Origin: an uncultured delta proteobacterium
Lineage (GTDB): Bacteria; Desulfobacterota; Syntrophobacteria; Syntrophobacterales; Syntrophobacteraceae
Length of the DNA stretch: 64,000 bases
Direction of reading: 5' to 3'
Assembly: GCA_963808625.1 (NCBI GenBank)
Contig: CAWEHK010000036.1
Coordinates: 32,001-96,000 of the forward strand
The translations under genes and the position numbers were made by a program. Below the pieces are notes generated by a model. The model was not told the DNA's origin and did no database searches. It worked only from the letters and a program-made list of their open reading frames with translations. Of the stretch, positions 1 through 10,733 are shown piece after piece; position 1 is the first letter of the stretch; each line of letters begins with the position of its first letter.

Positions 1-1463
1 GACTTGGGGCAATGGATTGTGGAACATCAGTGTGATTTCCAATCGCGCAGCGAGGAAGAGCAGAGCTAGCTTCGTTCATTGGGTGCCTTGTGCGGAGGCA
101 CTCTCGCAATCTTTCAGTAACCACGACGCTTCGAGCGTGGCGTCCGGTAGCTTGGGCGACGGATCATTCCCGTGGACGGTCCCCAAGAACCTGGTATCAT
201 ACGGCAGCGACTACCGGATCAGAGTGACGAGCAATGAGAATCCCTCTTACACCGACATCAGCGACAAGGCGTTTACCATCAGCGGGCCGACGCTGGACGT
301 CACCGCTCCGGACGGTGGGGAGACCTGGGCAAGGGGGACCCAGCAGACCATCACCTGGACCTACACTGAAAATCCTAGAGGAAACGTCAAGATCCAGCTA
401 TTGAAGGCCGGTGTGTGGCGAGAACCATCACCACAGGCGCTCCAATCGGCACGGGAGGACAGGGTTCTTATCTTTGGACCATCCCGAGCGATCTCGGCGT
501 CCGATCGGACTACCAGATCAAGATTACCCATAACTCCATTAAGGGTTGCGCCGCCACAAGCGCCGGTAATTTCAGCATCACCAAGGCAGCGCTTATGGCT
601 TCGGCCGGACCCGATCAGAAGGTGGAAGAGGCAGCGAAGGTAAGGCTCAGCGGCGCCAATTCGACGGGATTTGCAAAGGGGACGGCCACTTTCCTCTGGC
701 AGCAGTTGGATGGGCCGCAAACCAGACTCTCCAACCCGGCAGCGGTTGCGCCGGTGTTCACAGCGCCCGAGGCCGGTGTGGATGGCGCGTCCTTGACGTT
801 CCAGTTGACCGTAACCGGGGAAGATGGGGTGCAAGCGGACGATTCCTGTATCGTCAACGTAACGCCGGCGAATATGCCGCCAACCGCTGAGGCGGGTCCC
901 ACCCAAACGGTGGCCGGCGAGGAATTGGTGATGCTCGATGGGTCGGGTTCCTTCGACCCTGACGATGGTCTCGCCATGTACTCCTGGAAGCAGATTGGCG
1001 GGCCGCCGGTGACCCTCTCCGATCCGGGCGCCATCCGGCCCGCCTTCACCGCTCCCGAGGTTGGGGTGGACGGAGAATCACTCACCTTCCAACTCACCGT
1101 CACGGATCAAGGGGGACTGCGCGCCAGGGATGCCTGTATCGTCAACGTGACGTGGGTGAACCATCCGCCCAAGGCCGACGCGGGACCGGATATGGTGATC
1201 CAGCCGGGAGCTGTAGTGGTGTTGGATGGCTCACAATCCTCGACGCCGATGGGAATATCGTTTCGTACCGCTGGTCGCAGTTGGCCGGGCAACCAGTGAA
1301 CCTCTCCGACCCGACTGCCGCTCAAACGAGCTTCATGGCGCCTTCATCCAGCGGTGAGGCTGAGGAACTGGTATTCCAGTTGCTGGTGACCGACTCGGGA
1401 GGCTTGCAGGATAAACAGAAAGTTGTGGTCACCATCACCGGGGGCTCCACGGACGGAGCTTGA
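1..1463 (+). CDS. C-terminal part of a surface protein with Ser/Thr-rich Ig-like (Kre9/KNH-like) domains and three PKD/REJ-like repeats; 5' truncated by the window; two frameshifts (~415, ~1240)
   Basis: ORFs 17-643, 415-1299 and 1152-1463 join across frames. They show repeated DY(R/Q)I(R/K)(V/I)T and VTAPDGGETW motifs, then repeated A(D/E/S)AGPDQ..V.LDGS.S.D.DG...Y.W.Q..G..V.LS modules. Confidence 0.75.
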
Positions 1464-1540
1464 ATAGGGTTTATCCGGAAAGCCACTGTTCGAATGAGAC
1501 GAGCGTAGGGGCGGGCTTTATGTCCGCCCGCAATGGGCAG

Positions 1541-1732
1541 GCCGATTAGCGCTATTGTTCAGCTAGGCGAAGCCAAGGCTGGTTTTTCCGAAGCAAAACC
1601 CCTCAACCTTTCATTCCCGCAGGGTTTTTGAGGGGAATCCAGCTTTCAAAGGCTCAAAACCTGGATTCCCGACAAAAGCTTTCGGGAATGACGGTTGATT
1701 ACATCCATGGCTGAAGCTCGACACCAATCGGG
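1541..1732 (+). mobile_element. MITE family A, copy 1 (bipartite ~25-bp TIRs, 8-bp target-site duplication, internal REP-like hairpins)
   Basis: Ends are GCCGATTAGCG and CACCAATCGGG. Flanks are ATGGGCAG (1533-1540) and ATGGGCAA (1733-1740). A highly similar copy lies at 44706-44909. Confidence 0.8.
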
Positions 1733-1775
1733 ATGGGCAATGACTTCGGCGCATTTCGGGAGGGGATAAACGCCA

Positions 1776-2084
1776 TATGCATCAAGCTTAGGTTTACCCG
1801 AGGTGTAGTCATGCCTGCGACTGGTTGCCAGTCGGATGATGAATGCCCTGAAAGGGCTTTATAAATTAGCCCAGGGTCAGCAACAGCGTCACCCTGGGAT
1901 GGGAAGTCCAATCCCCTTTTCCCTTACCCTGAAAGGGTTAGATAAATCGTCGTGTCGGTATGTTTTATGTAACCCCTTCAGGGTAGATATTCGTGTTGTA
2001 CTTGGCTCCCCAGGGTGGCGCTATCGCTTACCCTGGGCTAATTTATGGAGCCCCTTCAGGGCAGAAAAGTTAGCTTGATGCATA
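1776..2084. mobile_element. MITE-like element enclosing a CCCTGAAAGGG/CCCTTCAGGG palindromic repeat cluster
   Basis: Perfect 13-bp inverted ends TATGCATCAAGCT (1776-1788) and AGCTTGATGCATA (2072-2084). The internal long inverted repeat runs GCCCTGAAAGGGCT..CCCAGGG / CCCTGGG..AGCCCCTTCAGGGC. Confidence 0.65.
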
Positions 2085-2193
2085 GGGGATAAACCCCTCC
2101 CCTACGGTCTGAATTCAGATCTGTGGAGTTCCCAGATGGAATTTGGATAGTGCCCGAACGATTCAGAGCGATCAATGGGGTTTTCATTCCGGC

Positions 2194-2299
2194 ATCCGAT
2201 ACCCGATACCCGACATCCGATATCCGAAATCCGACATCCAACATCCGATATCCGATACCCGAAATCAACTTGATTAATATCGAATATCGAATATCGAAC
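2194..2299. repeat. Heptamer tandem arrays (A(T/C)CCGAN x10; AATATCG x3)
   Basis: Read directly from the sequence. Confidence 0.9.
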
Positions 2300-2527
2300 A
2301 AGGAACCGCAGTCATTCATGTCCCTTCGGGACACCCGAAGACGCATGAAAAGCTGTACGGTGGCGACCAGACCGACTCGGTTTTCCAAAACCGAGTCGGT
2401 CTTTGAAGGTACGGCCTGCCCACCATGGCTTTTCGGAGCAGAATGTCGAGGAAGGGGTCGGGATCTTGAGACTCCTATGCGACTTGCGGTACATTTATAT
2501 CGCTCCACTGATTGCCCTATATTTTCA

Positions 2528-5013
2528 TCACTGGCCTGCGGGACCATCTGCTTCGAGACGGAACGACACCGAGACAGAGCGCTCTCGATCGCCGGTGGAT
2601 GCCGGGAAGCGCCATGTCTGAATGAGAGTTCTGAGGCACAATTCCAGTCCGTTCAGGGTGAGCTGGCGGGAGCTGATTTTGACCTCTTTGACGTTGCCAG
2701 CGGCATCAACGACCCATTCGGCAACGAGCTCTCCCGTATTTTCTGTTGCGAGGAAGGCAAGGCAGCGGTCCCTCAGTGTTTTGAGGTGCTGCTGCACGAC
2801 TTCCCGTACTGACTGCTCGGTCAATCCTCCGGTGACGGTGATCTTCCCAAGGGTCAGTCTGTGGTTGGAGTCGCCTTCCTCAGGGCTTTCCTTCAACTTT
2901 TCGCCTTGGGTCACCTCCGTTTTCCCGTCAGTTTTGTCTAGGGCGGATTGTTCTTTGGATTCCCTGCTTTTCATCGATTCCGCAACGGGCGGAGCCGGGG
3001 CAGAGAGCATTCTTGGGACGGCCATGCGCAGCATTCCCGACGGCATAATCGGAAACCCCTTCGGGCAAGGGGAGGGGTTGCATGACCGTCGACACTTCGC
3101 CGTCGGTTCGGCGGACCTCGGTGTCGACGGCGACAAAAGAGGTGTAAGCCGTGAGCAGGTTGTATTGCAAGGCCAGCTCCGTAATCTCGGAAATGCGGTG
3201 GTCATCGCTCTGCAGGCGGTTATCGTCACCGAGTTGGGCGATGCGGGTCCGCGCCCAGAGGTAGCGGAGGGCCGCATTGTCGACAATCGGCTCGGCGTCT
3301 GCCACATCAATCGTTGCGGCATAGCTGCGATCCCCGGCAATGCCCTGGAGCGTGATCTTTCCGGTTGGCTTGCCGCGCCACTTGCCGAAAACGGTCACCG
3401 GGCGTTCGGCAAAAACATCCGGTACTCCCGCCGGTTCAACGTCGTAGACCTCGAAGGCGCCGAAATCGATTGTGATCCGAGTCAGGAGAGGGGATTGGAT
3501 GTACTCCCGGAACCGCTCCGCCATGACCTGAGCCTGGTCGGGTTTGGTAATGACGAATGGTTCGCCGGAACCCGCCCGGGCCATGCCTTCGATGAGGAAG
3601 CGGTTGACGCTTGAGCCGATCCCGAAGGCGAAGAAATTGGCCTTCCCGAGCTCTTTGCGAATGAGGGCAAAGGCTTCCGGTTCGACCGTCACGTAACCAT
3701 CCGTGGCGATCACTACCGTACGCGCCGCCCTTTCCGTGCGCGGCAAAGCCAGGGCCCGCTTGAGCGCCGGCAGGAGTTCCGTTCCTCCGCCGCCTTGCTG
3801 ACGGTCGATGACTTCCATGGCATGGCGGAGGTTTTCAGGGGTTGCCGGGAGCGACTGCGGGGCCAGCAGGGCTGAACCGCCTGAAAACAGCAGCACGTTG
3901 AAGGTGTCGCTCGGCCGCAGATTCGTGAGCAGTTCACGCATCAACCGTTTGCTTATGTCGAGCGGGAAGCCATGCATGGAACCGGAGACATCCACAATGA
4001 AAAGGTATTCCCGCGGCGGGATTTGACTCTGGCTGATACGCTTGGGAGGCTGCACGGAAAGCAGAAAGAAGTTTTCCTCCCGGCCCTGGTAGAGCAGCAA
4101 CCCGGACTCGATCACCTGGCCGGAGAGCCGGTATCTGAGGATAAAGTCACGATTGCCTCCTGATTTTTCGGCTGGCTCGAGCGTTGCCGTTGCCCGCGAA
4201 CGATCCTCGTAGCGAATAGCCACTTTATGGGAAGGGCAGGTCATCTCCTGAATCGGTACGCCCGGGGTCAGGCGAATAGTAATATCGAAAGCATAGGGGG
4301 GTGGTTCACCCTGGTGCAGATAGGGATTTCTTGACCATTTTTCCGCAGGCGGTGCAGTGTTCATCGGCTGGTTGGAATAGCGGGGACCCACCACCGTCGG
4401 ATACACGAATTCATATACCCCAGCGGTCGGCGTAATCAATTCCGTGTATTGCAGTTCGGTCTTGATTGTATCGCCGGGGAGGATGTTGGCCACATTCATC
4501 TGGAAGACGTTCGGCCGCTGCTGTTCGAGCAGCGAGGCGCTTCGTCCCTCCTGTTTCGCCTGATCGTAGGCAGCACGCGCCTCTTCCCGCTTCTTAATGA
4601 CGGCGGTGATCGTCCTTTCACCGATGGTCATTTTCATTCCGTATACGGCGGCTTTTGTGGATGCGGGGAAAATATAGATCGCTTCCAGAGGGGTTCGCCC
4701 TTCATTCCGGTAAACCTGAGTAACCTTGACATCGGCAATGACCCCGGCAATGTTCGCCGTCACGGATGTGGTTTTGAGCGGGAGCTGATCGACGGACAGG
4801 TCGTCACTCTTGACGAAGAAATAGGGCGACAGCGTCTTGTCGCCGTCTTCCGATACCTGGGCGCCATTGCCGGCTCCCGGGGAAACAGGGGGCAGGGTTT
4901 GGCCGTAAGCGGTGCCGCCCGCTGCCCTGAAAAGGATGGTCCAGACAGTGACGGCCAGCACGATGACGGTGAGCCGTCCTGACAGGTTTGCTGACGATTC
5001 TCTGGATTTCCAT
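2528..5013 (-). CDS. Exported VIT + vWA domain protein with a C-terminal TonB/AgmX-like domain; frameshifts near 4980 and ~3000
   Basis: RBS AAAGGAGG precedes the ATG at 5013. VIT motifs are present (LEAIYIFP, ASLLEQQRPNVFQMNVANI), with the MIDAS motif DVSGSM, GGGTEL and ATDG. The C-terminus (WVVDAAGNVKEV..CLRTLIQTWRFP) is in ORF 2528-3340. Confidence 0.8.
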
Positions 5014-5105
5014 GAGGTGCCTCCTTTGGGTTGAAGTGTCAAATTGCTTCCACTCCATTGGACAAAGAGGCAGAAGAAAAGTTCCCGGAATTTGAAAAAA
5101 GGGGA

Positions 5106-6122
5106 TTATTGGAGCTGGATAAGTTTGATCTGAATTTCGAATTCTTCGTGGTCTACTGCCGCTGCTGCCATCCTTTGCGCAGCTTCTTCACCAGATTCTT
5201 TGATGTGGCCCACCTGACGCAGCCTCTCCAGAAAGGGAGAATAACTGCGAGCGGGGATGCGGACAATGATCGTTGAGGGTTCCTTCGTTTCCGTTCGAGA
5301 TGAGGCAGCGATGACCGTTCCTCCCAGGGCTTTCGCCGCTGCTTGGATCAGTTCGCCGGCCTGGCGCGAATCCGAGGGGGGCAACGCCTCCTCCTTGCGG
5401 GGGGCATTGGTCGGTGCCTGAGAAATACCCTCCATGGGGGGCCGAGTTGCCCGGTGATGGGTGCTTGCGCCTTTCGCCGAACCGGTTCGGGCTTCCCTTC
5501 CCGCAAGGGCGCAACGGAAAGGGGCTGGCGTTCGGTCGCAGGTTCCGGTTTTTGGATCGGGTTCACAACCAGTGCGAGTTCGATCCGTTTCGGCGCCGAT
5601 GCTGGAGGGCTGGCCGCCGCTTTATCCTGGTTTGCCTCTTTTTCAGCGGCGGGCAGGATCGCTTGCCCGGTGCCGTTGGAGACGGCTGGAACGCTTTTGG
5701 CTTCCTTCTGGTGGGGCGCCTGGTAGGCAAAAACGAGCAGGAGGGTGGCCAGAGCGACTCCCGCCAGCTCCATGGGAAGCTTGACTCTCAGCGGGTAGAA
5801 CAGCCATTTCGCGAGTCTTCTCCATCCGGAAGGCTGCTCGATGCGTTCGTGAACGGGTTGGCTCTTGGCTCTTAGCTCTTGGCTTTTGGTCTTCAGTACG
5901 GAAGCCTGTTCGATGCGTTCGTGAACAGCGGCCAGGAAATCCGGGTGGCGCGTTGACCTTTTCGATACCGGCCATGGTTCTGAGGTAAGCCTGGAGGGAA
6001 TGCAGTTCCGCAGCGCAGCCCTCACATGACGCCAGGTGTTCTTCCACCAGCTTCTTCGTCGATGGAACCAGAAGATCGTCCACGTATTCGGACAGCAAAG
6101 GGGACACTTCAGAGCATTTCAC
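5106..6122 (-). CDS. Anti-sigma factor (zf-HC2 N-terminus, TM helix, DUF4349-like C-terminus); frameshifted
   Basis: MKC..LLSEYVD..VEEHLASCEGC gives the HxxxCxxC motif. TM segment LAGVALATLLLVFAY. C-terminal IVRIPARSY.PFLERLRQVG. Abuts the ECF sigma stop codon. Confidence 0.8.
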
Positions 6123-6728
6123 TCAAATCAATCCTTTCAGCTTCCGGCGGAGTTGCTCTCTTGCCCGGGCCAGCTTGGATTTCACCGTGCCCGGATTATA
6201 ACCCGTTATGCGCACGATTTCCTCGTAGGAAAGGCCTTCGATGTCCCGCAGAACGGTCACGATTTTGGCCTCGTGCGGCAATTCGTCAATGGCTTGCTGA
6301 AGCAGGCGATCCTGCTCCTTTTTCGTGAGCTGGGCGAGAGCATCCGGCGCCGGGTCCTCGATCTCGATGCCGCCTGAACCTTCCGTGTCCTCAGGGGATG
6401 AGTCAAGGCGCAGCATTTTTTGCCGGTATCTATGTTCCAGAGATTTGAGCCTATTTCTGCAAATGTTCACGGCGATCGCCAGAAGCCAGGTGGAAAGGCT
6501 CGCTTCAAAGCGGAAATCCTTCAACGCCCGGTAAGCCTGCACAAAGGTTTCCTGAGCGCAGTCACGGGCCTCTTCATATTCCCCCACCATCCGATAACAC
6601 AGGTTGAACACCTTGTTCTGGTAACGGCGCACCAGTTTATCGAAGGCGCTCCGGTCATTGTTCAAAAAGGCCCGGACCCAGGAAAACTCTTCCTCCCTTG
6701 GCGATGTGATCTCGTGCTCTTCGTTCAT
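6123..6728 (-). CDS. ECF RNA polymerase sigma factor (sigma-70 family)
   Basis: Region 2 (AFDKLVRRYQ..DCAQETF..STWL) and region 4 (LRDIEGLSYEEI..GTVKSKLARAR). Confidence 0.93.
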   Translation of the reverse strand: MNEEHEITSPREEEFSWVRAFLNNDRSAFDKLVRRYQNKVFNLCYRMVGEYEEARDCAQETFVQAYRALKDFRFEASLSTWLLAIAVNICRNRLKSLEHRYRQKMLRLDSSPEDTEGSGGIEIEDPAPDALAQLTKKEQDRLLQQAIDELPHEAKIVTVLRDIEGLSYEEIVRITGYNPGTVKSKLARAREQLRRKLKGLI

Positions 6729-6763
6729 ATAGACAACTTCGGAACGGATTGGTTCCAGTCAAG

Positions 6764-6826
6764 CAGTGGTCAGTGAACAGTGGCCAGTAATCAGTAATCA
6801 GTGGTCAGTGAAAAGTGATCAGTGGC
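6764..6826. repeat. Heptamer tandem array CAGTRRN x9; an inverted counterpart lies at ~7290-7362
   Basis: cagtggt cagtgaa cagtggc cagtaat cagtaat cagtggt cagtgaa aagtgat cagtggc. Confidence 0.9.
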
Positions 6827-6840
6827 TATTCAACAGTGTT

Positions 6841-7004
6841 TATACCCGTTAAGGATTGAGAGTTGTGTCTTTTATCTTTCTGGATGCCCGCCAGAAGCAC
6901 GCGGGCATGACAATAGGGTGGCTGCTGCCGGACCGTCAACCCGCAGGCTGTTGGCGGGAATCCAGAAACTGAGGCAAAACAGGATTTGGCCCTTAACGAG
7001 TATA
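6841..7004. mobile_element. MITE-like element with TA-terminated TIRs enclosing REP-like hairpins
   Basis: TATACCCGTTAAGG (6841-6854) versus CCTTAACGAGTATA (6991-7004), 13/14 complementary. Inside are CTGGATGCCCG..CGGGCATGAC and CCCGC..GCGGGAATCCAG. Confidence 0.65.
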
Positions 7005-7374
7005 GTATGCAGCAGCGGGGGCGCTCTTTCATGCTTTCAGGGTGCCTCCAGCGGGAAAGCCGCTTAAGGTTGACAGAAATTCTTTCTGGAGGCTATGGTT
7101 TTTCTCCTGCCTTGGTCCTTTTGACGACTTGTCGGCAAGGACTGGCAGGGTATAGTAGCTTGCTTCGAAAATTTGGCAGGAGTCGCTTTTGATGCTTTGA
7201 AGCGCCTCCGAAATTCATTCTGGAGGCAGCGGCGCAAACCGGTAAAATGATGGATGGAAGCTTGTGGCAAACCATTGTCCGGCCAATGATGACCAATCAC
7301 GGCCGACTGGCTACCAGCCACTAATCACTGATCACTGTTACTGACCACTGCCACTGACCACTACCAAGGTGCCC

Positions 7375-8263
7375 ATGAAACGTCGATGGATTCGTATTGA
7401 AGTGCCATGCAGCCCCGCCCTTGCTGATGACATGGCGGCAGAAATAGCGGAAGCGTTTGAAGTCGGGATCGAAATCCTCGATACGGGGGTTTGCTTCTAT
7501 TTGGAGGAAGAACATTTTCTTGCAGACGGGCAGGATAACCTGGTGCGGGTGCTCAGGAATTTTGGGGAAACGCAGCGCCTTGAAGGGCTGCCGGCATACT
7601 CGTTTTCCTCGATTCCCGACGAGGATTGGATGGAGCAATGGAAAGTCAATTTCAAGCCCCTGCGCGTAGGGAAGCATCTGGTCGTTGCGCCGACCTGGGA
7701 GGAGGTCGCGCGAATCCTGAGGATCGGATCATCCGGATTGACCCGGGAATGGCTTTTGGAACGGGCCATCATGAAACGACCAGGTTGTGCCTGGAGTGGC
7801 TTGAAGAGTGGGCTGGTCGTCAGCAGGAACGGTCGTCAGCATCATTGCTCGATGTCGGGACCGGTTCCGGAATCCTGGCCATTGCCGGCGCGTTGTTGGG
7901 ATTCGGACGAATCGTGGCGGTGGACAACGATCCGGAAGCGGTTGCGGTAGCCCGAGATAATCTCATCCTGAATGAGTGTGGCGGACAGGATTGTCCTGCA
8001 AGCGGGAACGGTTGCCGATATGCGCAACGGGTTTGATGTTGTGCTTGCCAACATCCAGGCTTTGCCGCTAATAGACATGGCAGCATTATTAGTGGAGCGA
8101 ATGAATCCTTCTGCCGCGCTGGTGCTGAGCGGAATATTGCTGGAGCAAAAAGACGCCGTTCAATCTTCCTTTGAACGACAGGGCCTGAGACTCTGCCGGG
8201 TCGAAATTCGCCGGCGAATGGTGTCTGCTGGAATTCGAGCAGTCGCAAGAGGGCCGGGAATGA
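7375..8263 (+). CDS. prmA: Ribosomal protein L11 methyltransferase; about 3 frameshifts
   Basis: [47 protein letters not shown] and LSGIL motifs occur across three frames. Confidence 0.9.
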
Positions 8264-8301
8264 TGCCGGTATCAGTTCTCAGAAAAATAGCTGGAAAATG
8301 C

Positions 8302-8359
8302 GTGGGGCAGGCTTTCCAGCCTGCCTGAGCGTTCCGGCAGGCTGGAAAGCCTGCCCCAC
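8302..8359. repeat. REP doublet GTGGGGCAGGCTTTCCAGCCTGCC in inverted pair; a further copy lies at ~18424-18447
   Basis: GTGGGGCAGGCTTTCCAGCCTGCC..GGCAGGCTGGAAAGCCTGCCCCAC. Confidence 0.8.
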
Positions 8360-8402
8360 ATGAGGAGTTTGTGTCCTTTATTTAGAGGAGTTTTGTGTCC
8401 TT

Positions 8403-8532
8403 GTACACCTCCGCATAAATAAGTGTCCGAAGTCGAGGCGAGTTTCTGGCGGGAATGCAGGTGAATCTGGATTCCCGAAGAGCATGCGGGAATGACGTTG
8501 GGTAATGGACACTCTATTATGTCGAGCTGTAC
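8403..8532. mobile_element. MITE-like element (26-bp imperfect TIRs) enclosing a REP-like hairpin; a related degenerate copy lies at ~14562-14700
   Basis: Left end GTACACCTCCGCATAAATAAGTGTCC versus right-end reverse complement GTACAGCTCGACATAATAGAGTGTCC. Internal CTGGATTCCCG..CGGGAATGAC. Confidence 0.6.
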
Positions 8533-8577
8533 TTAGTTTAGACGAAAATAGAGAGCGGGGAGCAAGGAGCAGGAACG

Positions 8578-9808
8578 ATGCAGCACGAGATAACAGGGAC
8601 CTGGATTGCCATTGGAAGAACGCGGGACGCTGGAGGTGCCATCCCATCCAAACATCGGATTCATCGAGGGGGACGGTGTGGGGCCGGACATCTGGGCAGC
8701 CGCACGAGGCGTCCTGGATGCGGCGGTGGCAAAGGCATACCCAGGCAAAAGAAAGATTTGCTGGGTGGAGCTCATGGCGGGTGAAAAAGCTTACCGCACC
8801 ACCGGAGAGTACCTTCCCGAGCGCACCCTGGAGATGCTTCGTCAATGTGTTGTGGCGATTAAGGGGCCCCTGACCACCCCCGTGGGCGGAGGGATCCGCA
8901 GCGTCAATGTCACCCTGCGGCAGGTGCTCGACCTTTATGCCTGCATTCGTCCGGTTCGCTACTATCCGGGCATCCCCGCGCCGGTGAAGCACCCGGAAAG
9001 AGTCAACGTGGTCATTTTCCGCGAGAACACCGAGGACCTCTATACCGGCATCGAATGGCCGGCAGGATCGCCGGAAGCAAAGAAGCTGCTGATGATTTTG
9101 CGGGACCAGTTTGGCATAACCCTTCCCGAAGAATCCGGGATCGGGGTCAAAGCCATGAGCCGTGCGGGCACCGAACGCCTGGTACGGCGCGCCATCCAGT
9201 ACGCTCTGGCAAAGGGATTGGCGTCCGTCACCCTGGTCCACAAGGGCAATATCATGAAATTCACCGAAGGAGCGTTCCGGGAATGGGGTTATGGGCTGGC
9301 ACGGGCGGAATTCCCGGAACAAACCCTGACCGAAGTCGAGCTTTTCGAGAAATTTCATGGCGCCGCCCCGACCGGGCGGGTGGTGATCAAAGACCGGATT
9401 GCCGACAGCATGTTCCAGCAAGCCCTGCTGCGTCCGGAAGAGTATCACGTTCTGGCCACGCCGAATTTGAATGGAGATTATTTGTCCGATGCGCTGGCAG
9501 CTCAAGTAGGAGGGATCGGCATGAGCCCGGGGGCCAATATCGGCGATACCTGCGCCGTCTTCGAGGCCACCCATGGTTCGGCGCCAAAGTATGCCGGGAT
9601 GGACAAGGTAAATCCCGGTTCCTTGATCCTCTCCGGGGTGATGATGCTCGAACATCTGGGCTGGACGGAAGCAGCCGAACGGATTCGCGGCGGCCTCGAG
9701 CGGACGATTGCGGAGAGGATTGTGACCTACGATCTGGCGCGCCAGATGGACGGAGCAAAGGAAGTCCGGTGCTCGGAGTTTGCTCGCGCGATTGTTGAGC
9801 TTATGTAG
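8578..9808 (+). CDS. icd: NADP-dependent isocitrate dehydrogenase (probable frameshift near the N-terminus)
   Basis: [52 protein letters not shown] and [13 protein letters not shown] motifs. Confidence 0.96.
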
Positions 9809-9944
9809 GGCGGCGGCCAGGAATAAGAAGCCTTTTTGCCACGAAGAACACGAAGAACACGAAGTGATTTCTTCGTGCTCTTCGTGTTCTTCGTGGTTCG
9901 AATAGGGGCTGAAATGAGTGCAAGTTGTTTTTGGACAGTTGCTA
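9808..9944. repeat. Dispersed MITE-like repeat with a nonamer hairpin (CACGAAGAA)n/(TTCTTCGTG)n; other copies at ~30637-30715, ~41879-42018 and ~45805-45929 (inverted)
   Basis: Shared hairpin plus the shared tail GAATA..GGCTGAAATG..TTGGACAGTT in the 9.8-kb and 41.9-kb copies. Confidence 0.75.
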
Positions 9945-10078
9945 TGCACTTGATATATAGAGGCAAGCTGCGATGCGCCATTGCTGCAGATAACGACGTA
10001 CATCAACGAACGCGTTGACTCACACATAAAAAGGTGTATAAAAATGCGTAAGTCATTGCGAACTTAAAAGGGGTAGAA

Positions 10079-10321
10079 ATGGACAAAGTGAGGCTCAACC
10101 TTGTCCTGCCACGGAGCCTTGTTCAAGAGATGGAGGCCATGGCTGGTTCCAGGAGGCGAAGCCAGTTCATTGTCGAGGCCATTAGAGACCGGATCGCTGC
10201 GTTGCAGAAGGAGAAACTTCAAAAACGCATGGCGGAGGGCTACCGAGCGACCTGGGAAGAGGACCGAAAACTGGCCGAGGAATTTACTGCTGTGGACGTG
10301 GAGAATTGGGATGAGTATTAG
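10079..10321 (+). CDS. Ribbon-helix-helix (CopG-like) antitoxin
   Basis: 80 aa with RLNLVLP..RSQFIVEAI and an acidic tail. Overlaps the toxin start. Confidence 0.8.
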   Translation: MDKVRLNLVLPRSLVQEMEAMAGSRRRSQFIVEAIRDRIAALQKEKLQKRMAEGYRATWEEDRKLAEEFTAVDVENWDEY

Positions 10322-10655
10322 ACGCGGGGAGGTTTATCTCGCTTCCCTTGATCCTGCGGTTGGCAGCGAAATATCTAAAACCAGGCCTGTTATTATTGTG
10401 TCAAACGACATCAACAATGAATATGCAGCAACGGTGACGGTCCTGCCCATCACCTCTAGCAGGCTCGACAAGGTTTATCCCTATGAAGTCCTTCTGCCAA
10501 AAGGCATGGCCAATCTCCCCAAGGCATCCAAAGCCAAGGCCAATCAAATCAGGACCCTTGATCGAAGCAGAATGGTCAAACTTATTGGAAAAATAGAAGT
10601 AGACGTGATTGCTGAGGTCGAGAAGGCCATCAGACTCCATCTGGATCTTATGTGA
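10311..10655 (+). CDS. mazF: PemK/MazF family endoribonuclease toxin
   Basis: IRRGEVYLASLDPAVGSEISKTRPVIIVSND..VLPITS..QIRTLDRSRM. Confidence 0.92.
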   Translation: MSIRRGEVYLASLDPAVGSEISKTRPVIIVSNDINNEYAATVTVLPITSSRLDKVYPYEVLLPKGMANLPKASKAKANQIRTLDRSRMVKLIGKIEVDVIAEVEKAIRLHLDLM

Positions 10656-10733
10656 GGTTCAGACCTCCGCTAAGCGTGATCGCTCCGACGGACGTGGAAA
10701 ACGCCAAGCGATCGTCGTTGCTTGTAAGTCCTT

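Noticed and set aside
2123..2812. ORF with a repetitive IRYP/ISD-type segment
   Set aside because: It is a translation of heptamer DNA repeats plus the antisense strand of the vWA gene.
8378..10027. Long antisense ORFs (549 aa opposite icd; others opposite secD, secF, pnp and DHH)
   Set aside because: Shadow frames of GC-rich genes with no recognisable motifs.
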